64,000 bases of DNA from the NCBI GenBank assembly GCA_965197585.1, contig OZ240215.1, positions 2,240,001-2,304,000 on the forward strand, in the 5' to 3' direction. The DNA is from Dehalococcoidia bacterium. Lineage in GTDB: Bacteria > Chloroflexota > Dehalococcoidia > Plut-88900. The notes beneath the pieces were generated by a model, which saw nothing but the letters and a program-made list of their open reading frames with translations, did not search any database and was not told the origin of the DNA. Positions within the stretch are counted from its first letter, which is position 1. Each line of letters starts with the position of its first letter. Both the position numbers and the translations under genes were made by a program. Of this stretch, positions 39,134 to 49,024 are shown piece after piece.

Positions 39134-39934
39134 TCACCCCCTCCCCGCCGACACCAGCCTCTCCACCCTCTCCCGGTCCACGGGATTCGAAACCACCCCA
39201 CCCACCTTCACGCTCGTCCCCACTATCACCCCGTCCGCCCATTCCAGGTAAGCCCCGATATTCCCCTCCGTCACCCCGCTCCCGGCCAGCACTGGCGTCC
39301 CCTCAGGCACCGCCTCCTTTACCGCCCTTAAGTCCGACAAGTCTGCCTCCTCCCCCGTGAATGGCCCAGTCACAATCAAGGCATCGGCTAGTCCTCTGTA
39401 AATCGACGCCTTCGCCGCGTCCCGGATATCCTGCTCGCCGAGAGGAACGGCGTGCTTTACCAACACGTCGGCCAGCAGCTTCACGTCCGCCCCCAGCACC
39501 GACCGCCGTCTAACCGTCTCTGCTGCGCCACCTTCGATAATCCCCTGATCGGTAACCATCACGCCCGTGTGCACGTTCACCCGGATGAACTCTCCCCCCG
39601 TGGCATAGGCCAGCCCGAGGGCCGCTATCGGGTCGTTACGAAGCACATTCACCCCAAAGGGCACGTCAATGCTCTTGGCAACTCTGTCGATGACGACGGC
39701 CATCGCTGCAACGGCCTCAGGCGGCACCGGGCCCGTCAGAAAAGGAACGTCCCCGAAATTTTCGAATATCACGGCATTTACACCGCCCCGGGCCAGGGCT
39801 TCGGCATCCCGCATGGCATGTCCCACTACCTCGTCAAGGTCACCCTGCCAACCGGGACTACCCGGCAGCGCCGGCAGGTGAACCACCCCGATAATCTCCT
39901 TACGGATTTCTGTTCCCTCGCTTAATACAGGCAT
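39134..39934 (-). CDS. BtpA/SgcQ family protein
   Basis: GVVHLPALPGSP, ENFGDVPF, GVNVLRND, DVLVKHA. Confidence 0.92.
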   Translation of the reverse strand: MPVLSEGTEIRKEIIGVVHLPALPGSPGWQGDLDEVVGHAMRDAEALARGGVNAVIFENFGDVPFLTGPVPPEAVAAMAVVIDRVAKSIDVPFGVNVLRNDPIAALGLAYATGGEFIRVNVHTGVMVTDQGIIEGGAAETVRRRSVLGADVKLLADVLVKHAVPLGEQDIRDAAKASIYRGLADALIVTGPFTGEEADLSDLRAVKEAVPEGTPVLAGSGVTEGNIGAYLEWADGVIVGTSVKVGGVVSNPVDRERVERLVSAGRG

Positions 39935-40301
39935 GGCTCCTCCCTCCCAAAGGCTATCCCGCCCCCATACTTTTGCACAACCCTCCCCCCATCCACCCCC
40001 TCCATCATTCCGGCCGCCGAGAGCCAGAATCCATCCCCATCCCCTTCTACCCAATACTGAACTAGAGGCAGAGGTTGGCGCAGAAGCGCCAACCTCTGCC
40101 TCTGTTCTTATCTCCCCCTCTCCCTTAGGGCCTTCAAGGGAGAGGGGGACAAAGGGGGTGAGGGTTCCTCGGTGGGGTTGGGGCGGTGTCTCCCCAAAAG
40201 TGACACGAACCCCTTGACTAAAGCAAAACATCTGTACTATATTGCTCACCAGGCCCGACTCCCCAACGTCGGCCCTATCCAAGGAAAGGATCAGGACTCC
40301 C

Positions 40302-40890
40302 ATGAGTCGCACCAGCCTACATACGCCCCGTCGTAACCGAGCGGTATGGGACCGCTCGGCCACCGACACGCGCCTCCTCACCTACCCCTTTCCACCCACC
40401 GTCCCCCTACACTTCCCCCACTTCAAGCGCTGCCCCAGGGCCCAACGCCTGCGCCCCGGCAGCGATCAACCACTGTTCCGTTCCCAGCATGGAAGGTTCC
40501 CGGACAAAAAACGGCTTGCCCTTTCCAAGGGCTCCTGCCAAGTGCGCGCTGCACTCAACCGGCGCACCACCCTCGCCCCCTCGGGCGACGCCCACGAGCA
40601 CGGCGTCAAGTTGCTCACCAGGGCCATCGTGCCCAGAGACTCCACCGTCGTTGCCTTCGGAGAGGCCATCCCACACAGCGGCGGCAGAGAGTCCACGCCC
40701 CCATATCTCCGTATGGCCGGGCACTTCTGGTGGTCGAGACTGCCCCACACCGAGACTATCTCGCGTCTCCTCCACGTCCTCTCAGAAGCACGGGGCTGTC
40801 GCAAAGCCGGCGTCGATGTGGAACATCCGCGGTCGCGGACATCACCCATCGGTACAGGCGTCGCCGTCTTCCTGCGCAACCGTCCGGGAC
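40302..40890 (+). pseudogene. Degraded gene remnant, possibly hydantoinase/5-oxoprolinase-like
   Basis: Patch HGVKLLTRAIVPRDSTVVAFGEAIP resembles the DPRDFxLVAFGGAGP motif; no coherent full ORF. Confidence 0.25.
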
Positions 40891-41212
40891 CTTCCATCCC
40901 CCCCTCCTCCCCTTTTCTCCGTCTTTCCTGCGGAGGCAGGAATCCATCCCCGGAAGGGCAGGGGCCCCGCTCCTCGGGACGTACCCTCCCCTACCCCTCC
41001 CTCCCACTTGTCCACTTCCCCAGTAGGGACGACCGGCCAGTCGCCCAGGGTGTGGACGCCCCGAATGGGGTGTCCACACCCCTCCCCCGACCCAAGAAAG
41101 GAACCACCCACTAGCCCACACCCACACACCCTTCCCCCACAACTGAACCCCAACCCTCTTTTGTTGCCCGGCCCAACGTCTGGTAGAATCATCTCCACAC
41201 CCATGTCCCCGG

Positions 41213-42529
41213 ATGCAGATCTTTAGCGAGGGGTTAGGCGCTATGGTAGTAACTACACGAAAAGAACGACAGATTCCGGCCGTCCACATCCCCGATGTCC
41301 AGGACGAGTCCTATGGCGCAACGCAAATAGGCCCCTTTGACTACGTTCCCAAGGTCGGGTTCCGTGAGTACTGGTACCCCTGCGTCTGGACCAAGGAAGT
41401 GGGTCGCAAGCCCAAGAACATCAAGATGCTCGGGGATGAACTCGTCCTGTTCCGGGGCAAGAACAGCAAGATTGTTGCCCTCAACGAATGGTGCCCCCAC
41501 CGCGGCGCCCGACTCTCCCGAGGCTTCTGCGAGTTCGAAGGGACCGTCACCTGTCCCTACCACGGCTACACTTTCGACGAGACGGGTAAGTGCGTCGCCG
41601 GCCTCATTGAGAGCACCGAGTCCCCCCTGGTCAACAAGATGCGCACCCGTGTCTATCCCACCGCTGAGTGGAATGGTATCGTCCTGGTCTGGATGGGCGA
41701 GACCGACCCCGTTCCCTTCGAAGAGGACCTCCCTTACGAGTTCTCCGACTCGACCCTCACCGGCCGCAAGTACACCAGGGTCAAGACGTGGGAGACCAAC
41801 TGGACCGAACCCATGAACCAGGGCATCGACTACCATGAGTTCTACCTCCACCGCGGCCTCAACTTCTGGCGATTCGTCGATTACCGCTTACCCTTCTGGC
41901 GGCCCAAGTCCGTCTCCACCGGCGGCACCGAGATCGTCTCCGAAGGCGAGGACAACATCTGGGTCAAGACCGCCGAGGCCAAGTTCGGTCACGCCGAATA
42001 CCCGGGCCTTGGCAAATGGCCTCGAAAGACCTGGTGGCGCAAGCTCTCCGCACCCAAGACACCCAACGCAGGAATGATCGCCACCGCCACGGGAGAAAAG
42101 GCCTGGGCCACCTACAACCACAACCTCCAGCTCCCAACCAAGATCAGGGTTTGCATCGGCAGCTTGGTGCACCTGAGATGGGGCGTCCCCGTCGACGAGC
42201 AAAACACCCGGGTCTGGACTTTCACCGTCTGCAAGACTCCCAAGACCTTCCTCGGAAAGTTCTGGATGGACGTCTGGTACTACCTCTGGAACAAGCCCGC
42301 CCGGGTCGTCGCCATCAACGAAAAAGAAGACCTCATCGTCTTCAAGACCGAGCACATCAACCTGGAGCGCCCCCAGAAGCTCGGCCTCCTCGACAGGGGC
42401 CTGATCCTCTTCCGCCGAAACTTGGCCAAGCGCTCCCGAGACTTCCAGCGCCTCGGCGGCGCCCGAGGTTGCCTAAAACAGGAACCGGACCCCGCAATGG
42501 TCCGGAAGTGGGCGCGTAACCACCGCTAG
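41213..42529 (+). CDS. Rieske non-heme iron aromatic ring-hydroxylating oxygenase alpha subunit
   Basis: CPHRGA..CPYHG Rieske ligands, DYHEFYLH mononuclear Fe site; start may be 41243. Confidence 0.92.
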   Translation: MQIFSEGLGAMVVTTRKERQIPAVHIPDVQDESYGATQIGPFDYVPKVGFREYWYPCVWTKEVGRKPKNIKMLGDELVLFRGKNSKIVALNEWCPHRGARLSRGFCEFEGTVTCPYHGYTFDETGKCVAGLIESTESPLVNKMRTRVYPTAEWNGIVLVWMGETDPVPFEEDLPYEFSDSTLTGRKYTRVKTWETNWTEPMNQGIDYHEFYLHRGLNFWRFVDYRLPFWRPKSVSTGGTEIVSEGEDNIWVKTAEAKFGHAEYPGLGKWPRKTWWRKLSAPKTPNAGMIATATGEKAWATYNHNLQLPTKIRVCIGSLVHLRWGVPVDEQNTRVWTFTVCKTPKTFLGKFWMDVWYYLWNKPARVVAINEKEDLIVFKTEHINLERPQKLGLLDRGLILFRRNLAKRSRDFQRLGGARGCLKQEPDPAMVRKWARNHR

Positions 42530-42554
42530 CCCCACCTCTCCTCCCCTAAGAGTC

Positions 42555-42592
42555 AAACCCGGGAATGCTTGAAGCATTCCCGGGTTTCTTTT
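42555..42592 (+). terminator. Intrinsic terminator
   Basis: AAACCCGGGAATGCTT / AAGCATTCCCGGGTTT followed by a T-rich run. Confidence 0.75.
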
Positions 42593-42653
42593 TCCTCTCT
42601 GGTAACCCTGGAGGCCCCACTCCCACCCCGCCGGTGTTAGGATTGCCCGCATC

Positions 42654-43895
42654 ATGGCACAAGCAGTCCCGCGGATTGCCAATTCGCTCCAAAGCCCCAT
42701 TTACGGATGGGTAGTTATCCTCACCTGGATGGCAATCCACATGTGGGGGTATCTGGTGATGGAGACCCTGGGCCTTTTCCTGCCATCCATGCGTGAGGAG
42801 CTTAATCTCACCCCCGTCCGGGAAGGCCTCCTCGGAGCAGCGCCCCAGCTGACGGTCCTCATTTTGTCCATCCCTTTCGGGCTCTACCTTTCCCGCTTTC
42901 CCCCCAAACTGCTCACCCTGGTCTCCATTGTTGGAGCAGTCTGCGTCATCTTCTTTCAGGCTTGGGCCCCCGTCTACGGCTTCGTCCTGCTGGCGAGATT
43001 ACTATACGGCCTCTCCATAACCCTAAGAGAACCCGCCCGGACCCTGCTCCTCAGGATGTGGATACGGCCCCGGCAGATTCTGATTGCCAACGCCTCTATT
43101 GAGCTGCTCTGGGGCATCGGCGCTGCGTTATTTATCCTCATACCGGTCATCCTGAAGGCTCTGGACGACGATTGGCGCAAGACTATGCAGGTCCTCGGCT
43201 ATGCAACCATTGCTTTAGCCGTGGTCTGGTTCGTCGTAGGTAGAGAGCGTCCCATGCCCGACGCCGAGACCGAAAGAGAAAGTAAGGAGCCCGTATCCAT
43301 CAGGAGCGCCCTTCGCTACAAGGAGCTGTGGCTCTTGGCCATCGGATTGGTGGGAGTCGAGATGACCTTTTCCTCCTTTGCCACCTTCTGGCCCAGCCAC
43401 ATGAAAGACACATACGGCATTGATATCCAGACTTCGGCCCTGATCTGGGCCATCGGCGGCATGGTTGCCGGTCCCTCCGGCCTGGGCATCAACCTTATGG
43501 TCAACAAGACTGGTAAGCGTAGAACGGCTCTGCGTGTGGGCGGAGCGTTGATTTCTGTGACTACCGTAGCCCTACTCTATTCCGGGTCTTTCCCGGTCCT
43601 GGTGGTCTTATCACTGCTACACGGCCTCAGCTTCACTTTCTTCCCGGTGATATTCACCATACCCTTCCAATTGAAGGGCATCCGGACCCGGGAGATCGCC
43701 GTGGCAATGGGATTCTTAAGGACGGCTTTGATGGTGGGAGCTATGAGCGGCCCCATAGCGGCGGGGGTGCTTCACGAAATCTCCGACGACCGGCGCCTTG
43801 CACTGACCATCGTGGGTATGGCCGGAGTAACACTGACCATCGCTGCCTTCTTCCTCCCCGCCGAATGGGACCGCCGCCCCCGAGAGCTGGTCTGA
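42654..43895 (+). CDS. MFS transporter
   Basis: About 12 TM segments; LRYKELW and REIAVA shared with 36141. Confidence 0.88.
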   Translation: MAQAVPRIANSLQSPIYGWVVILTWMAIHMWGYLVMETLGLFLPSMREELNLTPVREGLLGAAPQLTVLILSIPFGLYLSRFPPKLLTLVSIVGAVCVIFFQAWAPVYGFVLLARLLYGLSITLREPARTLLLRMWIRPRQILIANASIELLWGIGAALFILIPVILKALDDDWRKTMQVLGYATIALAVVWFVVGRERPMPDAETERESKEPVSIRSALRYKELWLLAIGLVGVEMTFSSFATFWPSHMKDTYGIDIQTSALIWAIGGMVAGPSGLGINLMVNKTGKRRTALRVGGALISVTTVALLYSGSFPVLVVLSLLHGLSFTFFPVIFTIPFQLKGIRTREIAVAMGFLRTALMVGAMSGPIAAGVLHEISDDRRLALTIVGMAGVTLTIAAFFLPAEWDRRPRELV

Positions 43896-43907
43896 CCGGC
43901 ACTTGGC

Positions 43908-45110
43908 TTAGTAGGTCCGCCCCTTCCACCCCCCGCCCCTTCTCATCCAGGACCTCCGCGCCGAGTCCACAGTTATCAGCGTGTACAGAAGACCGGCCGT
44001 AGGCAGAAGTAGTCCCCAACAACGGTTCAGCCCGTACCACTTCAACATCGGCGTGTTTATCGCCGACATTAGCCCCCACCCCCCCACCCCCGAGACCAAC
44101 AACACCCACGTCGGTGTATCCCATACTCCCACGGCAGCTAAACCTATCCCTGCGCCAAACGCTGCCGGAGGTCCGAGATATAGCCACACCATCCCCAAAA
44201 TCGTACCCGCCAACAGGATCGGCGAGCGACGTAGCTGTACGTAAGCCGTCCTCGCTACCATGTCCCAAATGCCTCTGAGTCCGTCATAGGGCCGGATGCT
44301 TTGCACCTCCTGGCTCATCCCCAACCACAATCTCCCCCGACCCTCGGGCCCGCGTACCAACCGAGCAAGAGTGCAGTCGTCGATTATCGCGTCCCTCATC
44401 GATTCAAAACCCCCGCCCCCCACCAAGCGTGCCTTCCTAACCAGCACACATCCCCCCGCCGCAGCTGCCGTACTCTTCTCGTGATCGTTCACCCAGCGAA
44501 ATGGATATAGCTTCCCGAAGAAGAACACGAAGGCCGGTATCAGAACCTTGTCCCAGAAGGTAGACACATGCAGCTTCGCCATCACCGAGACCATATCCAA
44601 CCTCTCCTCCTCCGCCCGCGCCACTAAAGAAACCAATACATCCGGTGAGTGCGCTATATCCGCGTCGGTGAACCAGAAATATTCATGGTCGACTGTCTTT
44701 GCCTCCTCGACACCCTGCTGCAGGGCCCAAACCTTCCCCGCCCACCCCTCAGGTCTTTCTCTACCCATCACCACTTTGAGGGAAAAGCCTTTGTCGGCTT
44801 CTCTGGCGGCGGCCTTTGCGATATCAGCAGTTCTATCCGAGCTCCGGTCGTCGACTAGATATACCGACACGCGCCCCGGGTAGCGTTGCCCAAGGACTGT
44901 TGGAATTGTTTGACCAATGACCTCGGTCTCATTCCGGGCTGGTATTACCGCCACGACCCCCGGCCATGGACCACCTTCCTTGGCTTTTGGAAGTTCTAGC
45001 CGTTGGTCCGTCGCCCAGAATCGGCCCCTGAAAAACGTCAGCCAGCCCCAGGCAAGAAATGCGGAAACCGATAGGCCGACCCCAACCCACACTCCGACTT
45101 CCATACTCAT
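43908..45110 (-). CDS. GT2 glycosyltransferase, HpnB-like (hopanoid-associated)
   Basis: IPARNE, DDRSSD, GWAGKVWAL, TDADI, AAAGGC, IIDDC, WKGR C-terminus. Confidence 0.88.
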   Translation of the reverse strand: MSMEVGVWVGVGLSVSAFLAWGWLTFFRGRFWATDQRLELPKAKEGGPWPGVVAVIPARNETEVIGQTIPTVLGQRYPGRVSVYLVDDRSSDRTADIAKAAAREADKGFSLKVVMGRERPEGWAGKVWALQQGVEEAKTVDHEYFWFTDADIAHSPDVLVSLVARAEEERLDMVSVMAKLHVSTFWDKVLIPAFVFFFGKLYPFRWVNDHEKSTAAAAGGCVLVRKARLVGGGGFESMRDAIIDDCTLARLVRGPEGRGRLWLGMSQEVQSIRPYDGLRGIWDMVARTAYVQLRRSPILLAGTILGMVWLYLGPPAAFGAGIGLAAVGVWDTPTWVLLVSGVGGWGLMSAINTPMLKWYGLNRCWGLLLPTAGLLYTLITVDSARRSWMRRGGGWKGRTY

Positions 45111-45141
45111 CGGCCTAGTTTAGCGCAGCAGATGACTGGGG

Positions 45142-45426
45142 CTAGTCCGGCACACCGTCGAAGGAGGCCATCTTGTCCAGGTAGTGCTGGGGGTCCGACG
45201 TGGAAGGCGAGTTTTTGAACGCCTCGTCGACCATCTTGTCGTACTTCGGGTCGAGTTCCGCCATCTTCGTCTCGGCAGACTTGTGAAAGGCGAAGGTAGA
45301 AAACCGCCGCTCCGCTCCCGGGTCCCCACACCCCTCGCAAGCCACCTTTTCAGGCGGTGAAAAGTTGCGCCAATAACGGCTGGTCACCTGCTGACACCCG
45401 AGGCACTTGTATTCGTACAGTGGCAT
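45142..45426 (-). CDS. FmdB-family zinc-ribbon protein
   Basis: MPLYEYKCLGC..CEGCG. Confidence 0.88.
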   Translation of the reverse strand: MPLYEYKCLGCQQVTSRYWRNFSPPEKVACEGCGDPGAERRFSTFAFHKSAETKMAELDPKYDKMVDEAFKNSPSTSDPQHYLDKMASFDGVPD

Positions 45427-45435
45427 AGGGTCTAC

Positions 45436-45861
45436 CTAAGCGGCGAAGACTGTCTCCACCTGTTCAGATGCGTCGAAATAGGCTTGGAACGAAAGGTGAT
45501 ATCGAAGAAAAGATTGCCGCAAAAAGTCATCCTTGACCCGCAGAATCCCACCCTCCCGCGTCAGGTCAAGAGTGTTCAGGCTATGCTCTCCATCTGCCCC
45601 GCCGTTGGACTTGATGTTGCTTAGCAGCTCCCGCCACCCCTCCGGCGACATCTCCAGGTAGAAGTCCAAGTCCGCCAGTCCCTCGACACCAATGTCGGAC
45701 ACTTCCTCGCAGGAAAACGCCTCGAACTTCAGGGAGAAGGCCTTCTCTCCTACCTTCACGCCCATGTTCGCATCGCAATTGCCCAGGGCCCGGAACTCCT
45801 TGCTCCGGTTCACAGTCTCCTTGACCTCCTCGAACCACTCTACGGACGGAAAAACAGGCAT
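45436..45861 (-). CDS. Hypothetical protein, SCP2 sterol-carrier-like
   Basis: FPSVEWF start; host-like codon use. Confidence 0.7.
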   Translation of the reverse strand: MPVFPSVEWFEEVKETVNRSKEFRALGNCDANMGVKVGEKAFSLKFEAFSCEEVSDIGVEGLADLDFYLEMSPEGWRELLSNIKSNGGADGEHSLNTLDLTREGGILRVKDDFLRQSFLRYHLSFQAYFDASEQVETVFAA

Positions 45862-45994
45862 CTTAACCTCTCCTCTGCTCACGATGTTAAGTGTCCGATT
45901 CTCGGGGTGTCAACCGCACCCGGCCCCGTAGGCAGGTGACAACAGATACGGGGCCTGTTAGATTTCTCTCAAGCCGCATAGGAAAACCGCCGTC

Positions 45995-46368
45995 ATGCTC
46001 AACGCAATGTCCAGGAGGCCCTGGAGAAAGACCTCATCATCGATATCACAACCACCGGCAGAAAGAGCGGCGACGCCCGCCCTGTCGAGATCTGGTTCCA
46101 TAACCTGGACGGCATCCTCTACATTTCCGGCCTGCTCTTGCCCGGGTCCCGGTCTTGGTATGCCAATATCCTCAACGACCCTCGATTTACCTTCCATCTC
46201 AAAGGGACGACAAAAGCCGACCTCCCCGCCCTCGCTACTCCGATAACCGACGCCATGGAAAGACACAGAGTCTTGGAGCGGATATGCGATAACTTGGGTG
46301 AGCCGCAACTTCTCGAAGCCCGAGTTGCTGAATCCCCCTTGATAAAAGTCGACCTCGAAGCCGGATAA
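45995..46368 (+). pseudogene. Frameshifted duplicate of the DUF385 deazaflavin-dependent nitroreductase
   Basis: Aligns to 46427-46795; a 1-nt deletion a few codons after ATG separates the start from the otherwise open frame. Confidence 0.8.
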
Positions 46369-46426
46369 GCTCTTACTTCAAACCGAATCGGCTGGACCGT
46401 TGCCCCCGCATAGGAGAACCGACGTC

Positions 46427-46795
46427 ATGCTCGACCCCAAAGTCCAAGAGGCCCTGGAAAAAGACCTCATCATCGATATCACCACCACCGGCAGAAAGAG
46501 CGGCGACGCCCGCCGGGTTGAGATCTGGTTCCATAACCTGGACGGCATCCTCTACATTACCGGCCTCCCCGGCACCCGAGGCTGGTACGCCAACATCCTC
46601 GTCGACCCCCGCATGTCCTTTCACCTCAAAGAGACTGCCGTCGCCGACCTCCCCGCCCTCGCCACCCCCATCACCGATCCTAATGAAAAGCGCAGAATCA
46701 TTCATGCCATCTGCTCCAAACAGGATACCCTGGACCAGCTGGATGCCCGCGTCGCCGGCGCCCCTCTCATCAAGGTTGACCTCAAAGCCGTCTAG
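46427..46795 (+). CDS. Deazaflavin (F420)-dependent nitroreductase family (DUF385)
   Basis: ITTTGRKSG..R..EIWF, WYANI. Confidence 0.88.
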   Translation: MLDPKVQEALEKDLIIDITTTGRKSGDARRVEIWFHNLDGILYITGLPGTRGWYANILVDPRMSFHLKETAVADLPALATPITDPNEKRRIIHAICSKQDTLDQLDARVAGAPLIKVDLKAV

Positions 46796-46996
46796 CGTCA
46801 CTCCGGCCCCCGAACCGGAATCCAGAGGGGTGGGGCCGCTCATCCTGAGCAGAGTCGAAGGGTCGAGCGGGGGGGCGCGCACGCCGGCCTTGCTAAGTAC
46901 GAGCCGCCTGAAGCACTCACTAGTTTGACCCCACACCCCCATCACCGATAGCATAAAGCCGCGCCTCGACCCCAATACGAGGGAGGAACACCCCCC

Positions 46997-48163
46997 ATGC
47001 CGGGACCCGTCATAGACATAGACAGCCACATTTGGGAAAACCTGCCCCTAATGGCCGAGTATCTGGATCCAAAATACCGGGATTTGGCCCTATCTATCGA
47101 AGTCGACAAGCGCGGCCTGGAATACATGAGCGTCGAGGGCCGTATGCCCCATAACCTCTTCCTCAGGGAAGGCCGCTTCGGTCGCATGGCCGCGGGCAAG
47201 TCCATCGAGGAGAAGAGGGACCTCTACTTGAAGCCGGGAGCCGTGACCTATGAGCAGGGCCTCATCAACGTTCCCGCCTCCCACCAACCCGGCCCCCGAG
47301 TCCACGTCCTCGATCAGGAAGGCATCGACACCTCATTCATCTACCCGACCCTCGGCCTCCACTGGGAAACCGACGTTCAAGACACCAAAGTCGCCGCCGC
47401 CTACGCCCGTGCCTACAACGAATACGTCTTCGACTTCTGTAGCGACTTCCCAGACCGCCTCAAGCCCATCGCCCACATCACCCTCCTGGACATAGAGCAA
47501 GGCACCGCAGAGCTGCGCCGGGTTGCGGAGAGAGGTGTAACCGCCGCACTCATAAGTGGCTTCCCCCTGAACGGCCGCTCCTACGGAGACCCGGCCTTCG
47601 ACCCCTTCTGGGCAGCCGTTGAAGAGCTTCAAATACCCGTGACTCTGCACGTTGTCGGCGGGCTCTACCCCTTCTACAACCCGAACTTCCCGAACACCAC
47701 GCTCAATGACCTCCCCGACTCCGATATCTGGTATTTCGTGCTTCAAGAACCCCCCGCCGTTCACCTCGGCTTCGGCAGCATGATCGCCGGACGCGTCTTT
47801 GATAGGTTCCCCGACCTCAAGGTCGTGCTCCTGGAGACGGGCAGCGCGTGGATGCTCTACTGGTTCGAGAGAATGGACGGCATACTCGACGCCTTCCCCG
47901 GGACCAACGAGATGTCGATGTACCCCAGTGAGTATTTCAAGCGGCAGGTCTGGACCTCCATGGACCCCGACGAAGAGCTCGCCCCCCTGGTGGTCGAGAG
48001 GTTCGGTTCTAACAAATTCATGTGGGGCGCCGACTTTCCTCACTCGGAAGGCATGCTCGGTGCCGTCGATGAGTTGCGAGAGAGCCTGAAACCCCTCCCC
48101 CCCGACGCCCAGGCCAACATTCTGGGCCTCAACGCCATAGACCTCTATCACCTCACATCCTGA
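46997..48163 (+). CDS. Amidohydrolase_2 family protein
   Basis: DIDSH, YPTLG, TLH, LETG, WGADFPHSEG. Confidence 0.92.
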   Translation: MPGPVIDIDSHIWENLPLMAEYLDPKYRDLALSIEVDKRGLEYMSVEGRMPHNLFLREGRFGRMAAGKSIEEKRDLYLKPGAVTYEQGLINVPASHQPGPRVHVLDQEGIDTSFIYPTLGLHWETDVQDTKVAAAYARAYNEYVFDFCSDFPDRLKPIAHITLLDIEQGTAELRRVAERGVTAALISGFPLNGRSYGDPAFDPFWAAVEELQIPVTLHVVGGLYPFYNPNFPNTTLNDLPDSDIWYFVLQEPPAVHLGFGSMIAGRVFDRFPDLKVVLLETGSAWMLYWFERMDGILDAFPGTNEMSMYPSEYFKRQVWTSMDPDEELAPLVVERFGSNKFMWGADFPHSEGMLGAVDELRESLKPLPPDAQANILGLNAIDLYHLTS

Positions 48164-48199
48164 CCAAGCCCGTCCTCTCCCCCGTAGGGGCAGGTCTCG

Positions 48200-48331
48200 G
48201 AGCCTGTCTCATAAGTCCGTTAAACACAGCCCGATTGGATATTCTTGACCAATGCGACGGGTGCCGTAGGCACGAATCCAAGTCGTAAAAAAGCGAGAAG
48301 TGGGGCGTGGGGCGACTTTTGAGACAGGCTC
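48200..48331. mobile_element. 132-bp MITE, copy 1
   Basis: TIRs GAGCCTGTCTCA.AAGTC / GACTT.TGAGACAGGCTC; CTCG duplicated at 48196-48199 and 48332-48335. Confidence 0.85.
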
Positions 48332-48533
48332 CTCGTGACTGCCTTCCCCTCCCATCCTCCCGCCCCCCAACCGGTCGAAGATGCTGTAAGTGTGCCTTTG
48401 ACGTGCGCCGAGCCGTGAATCCATCCCCTCGTAGGGGCCGTTCGCGAACCGCCCGACTCCCCCCACCTCATCTCCCAACATTCGTTCTTGCCACGCTAGG
48501 ACCCCATCCCCTCCGCCGTAGGGACAGGTCTTG

Positions 48534-48665
48534 GAGCCTGTCTCATAAGTCCGTTAAACACAGCTCAATTGGATATTCTTGACCAGTGCGACGGGTGCCG
48601 TATGCACGAATCCAAGTCGTAAAAAAGCGAGAAGTGGGGCGTGGTGCGACTTTTGAGACAAGCTC
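48534..48665. mobile_element. 132-bp MITE, copy 2
   Basis: Near-identical to copy 1; CTTG duplicated at 48530-48533 and 48666-48669. Confidence 0.85.
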
Positions 48666-49024
48666 CTTGTGCCTGCCCTCCCGCTTATGAGCAAACCTTG
48701 TACTCACCCTCTCCTCATTTGACTATCCCCATACTGCTCCATATAATCCAATACCAGAACTAGCGTCATTGGCCGTAGCAGAAAGGTGACCCCGGATCCC
48801 AGTGCCGAGTCCTGAACAGACGCCCCGAATCACTGTCCCCTCCCTCCTCCTCCCCACCTTTCCCGGCCTGATGAGCTACTTAGGCAGCACGTACCGTCCC
48901 TGGGTGTTCGCTCCTATCCTGGAGGTGAATTATGGACGATCCATAACGGCAATTGAGCCGCCTGGGGGAAGATGCGTGCATTTTCCTGACACTGCTACTA
49001 TCACTTTGGAGGAGAATTCTAAGT

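Noticed and set aside
39935-40381. Long N-terminal extension of the BtpA ORF (similarly 28194-28349 for the DHDPS-like gene)
   Set aside because: The extension runs through REP palindromes; SD-preceded ATGs at 39934 and 28193 fit the family starts.
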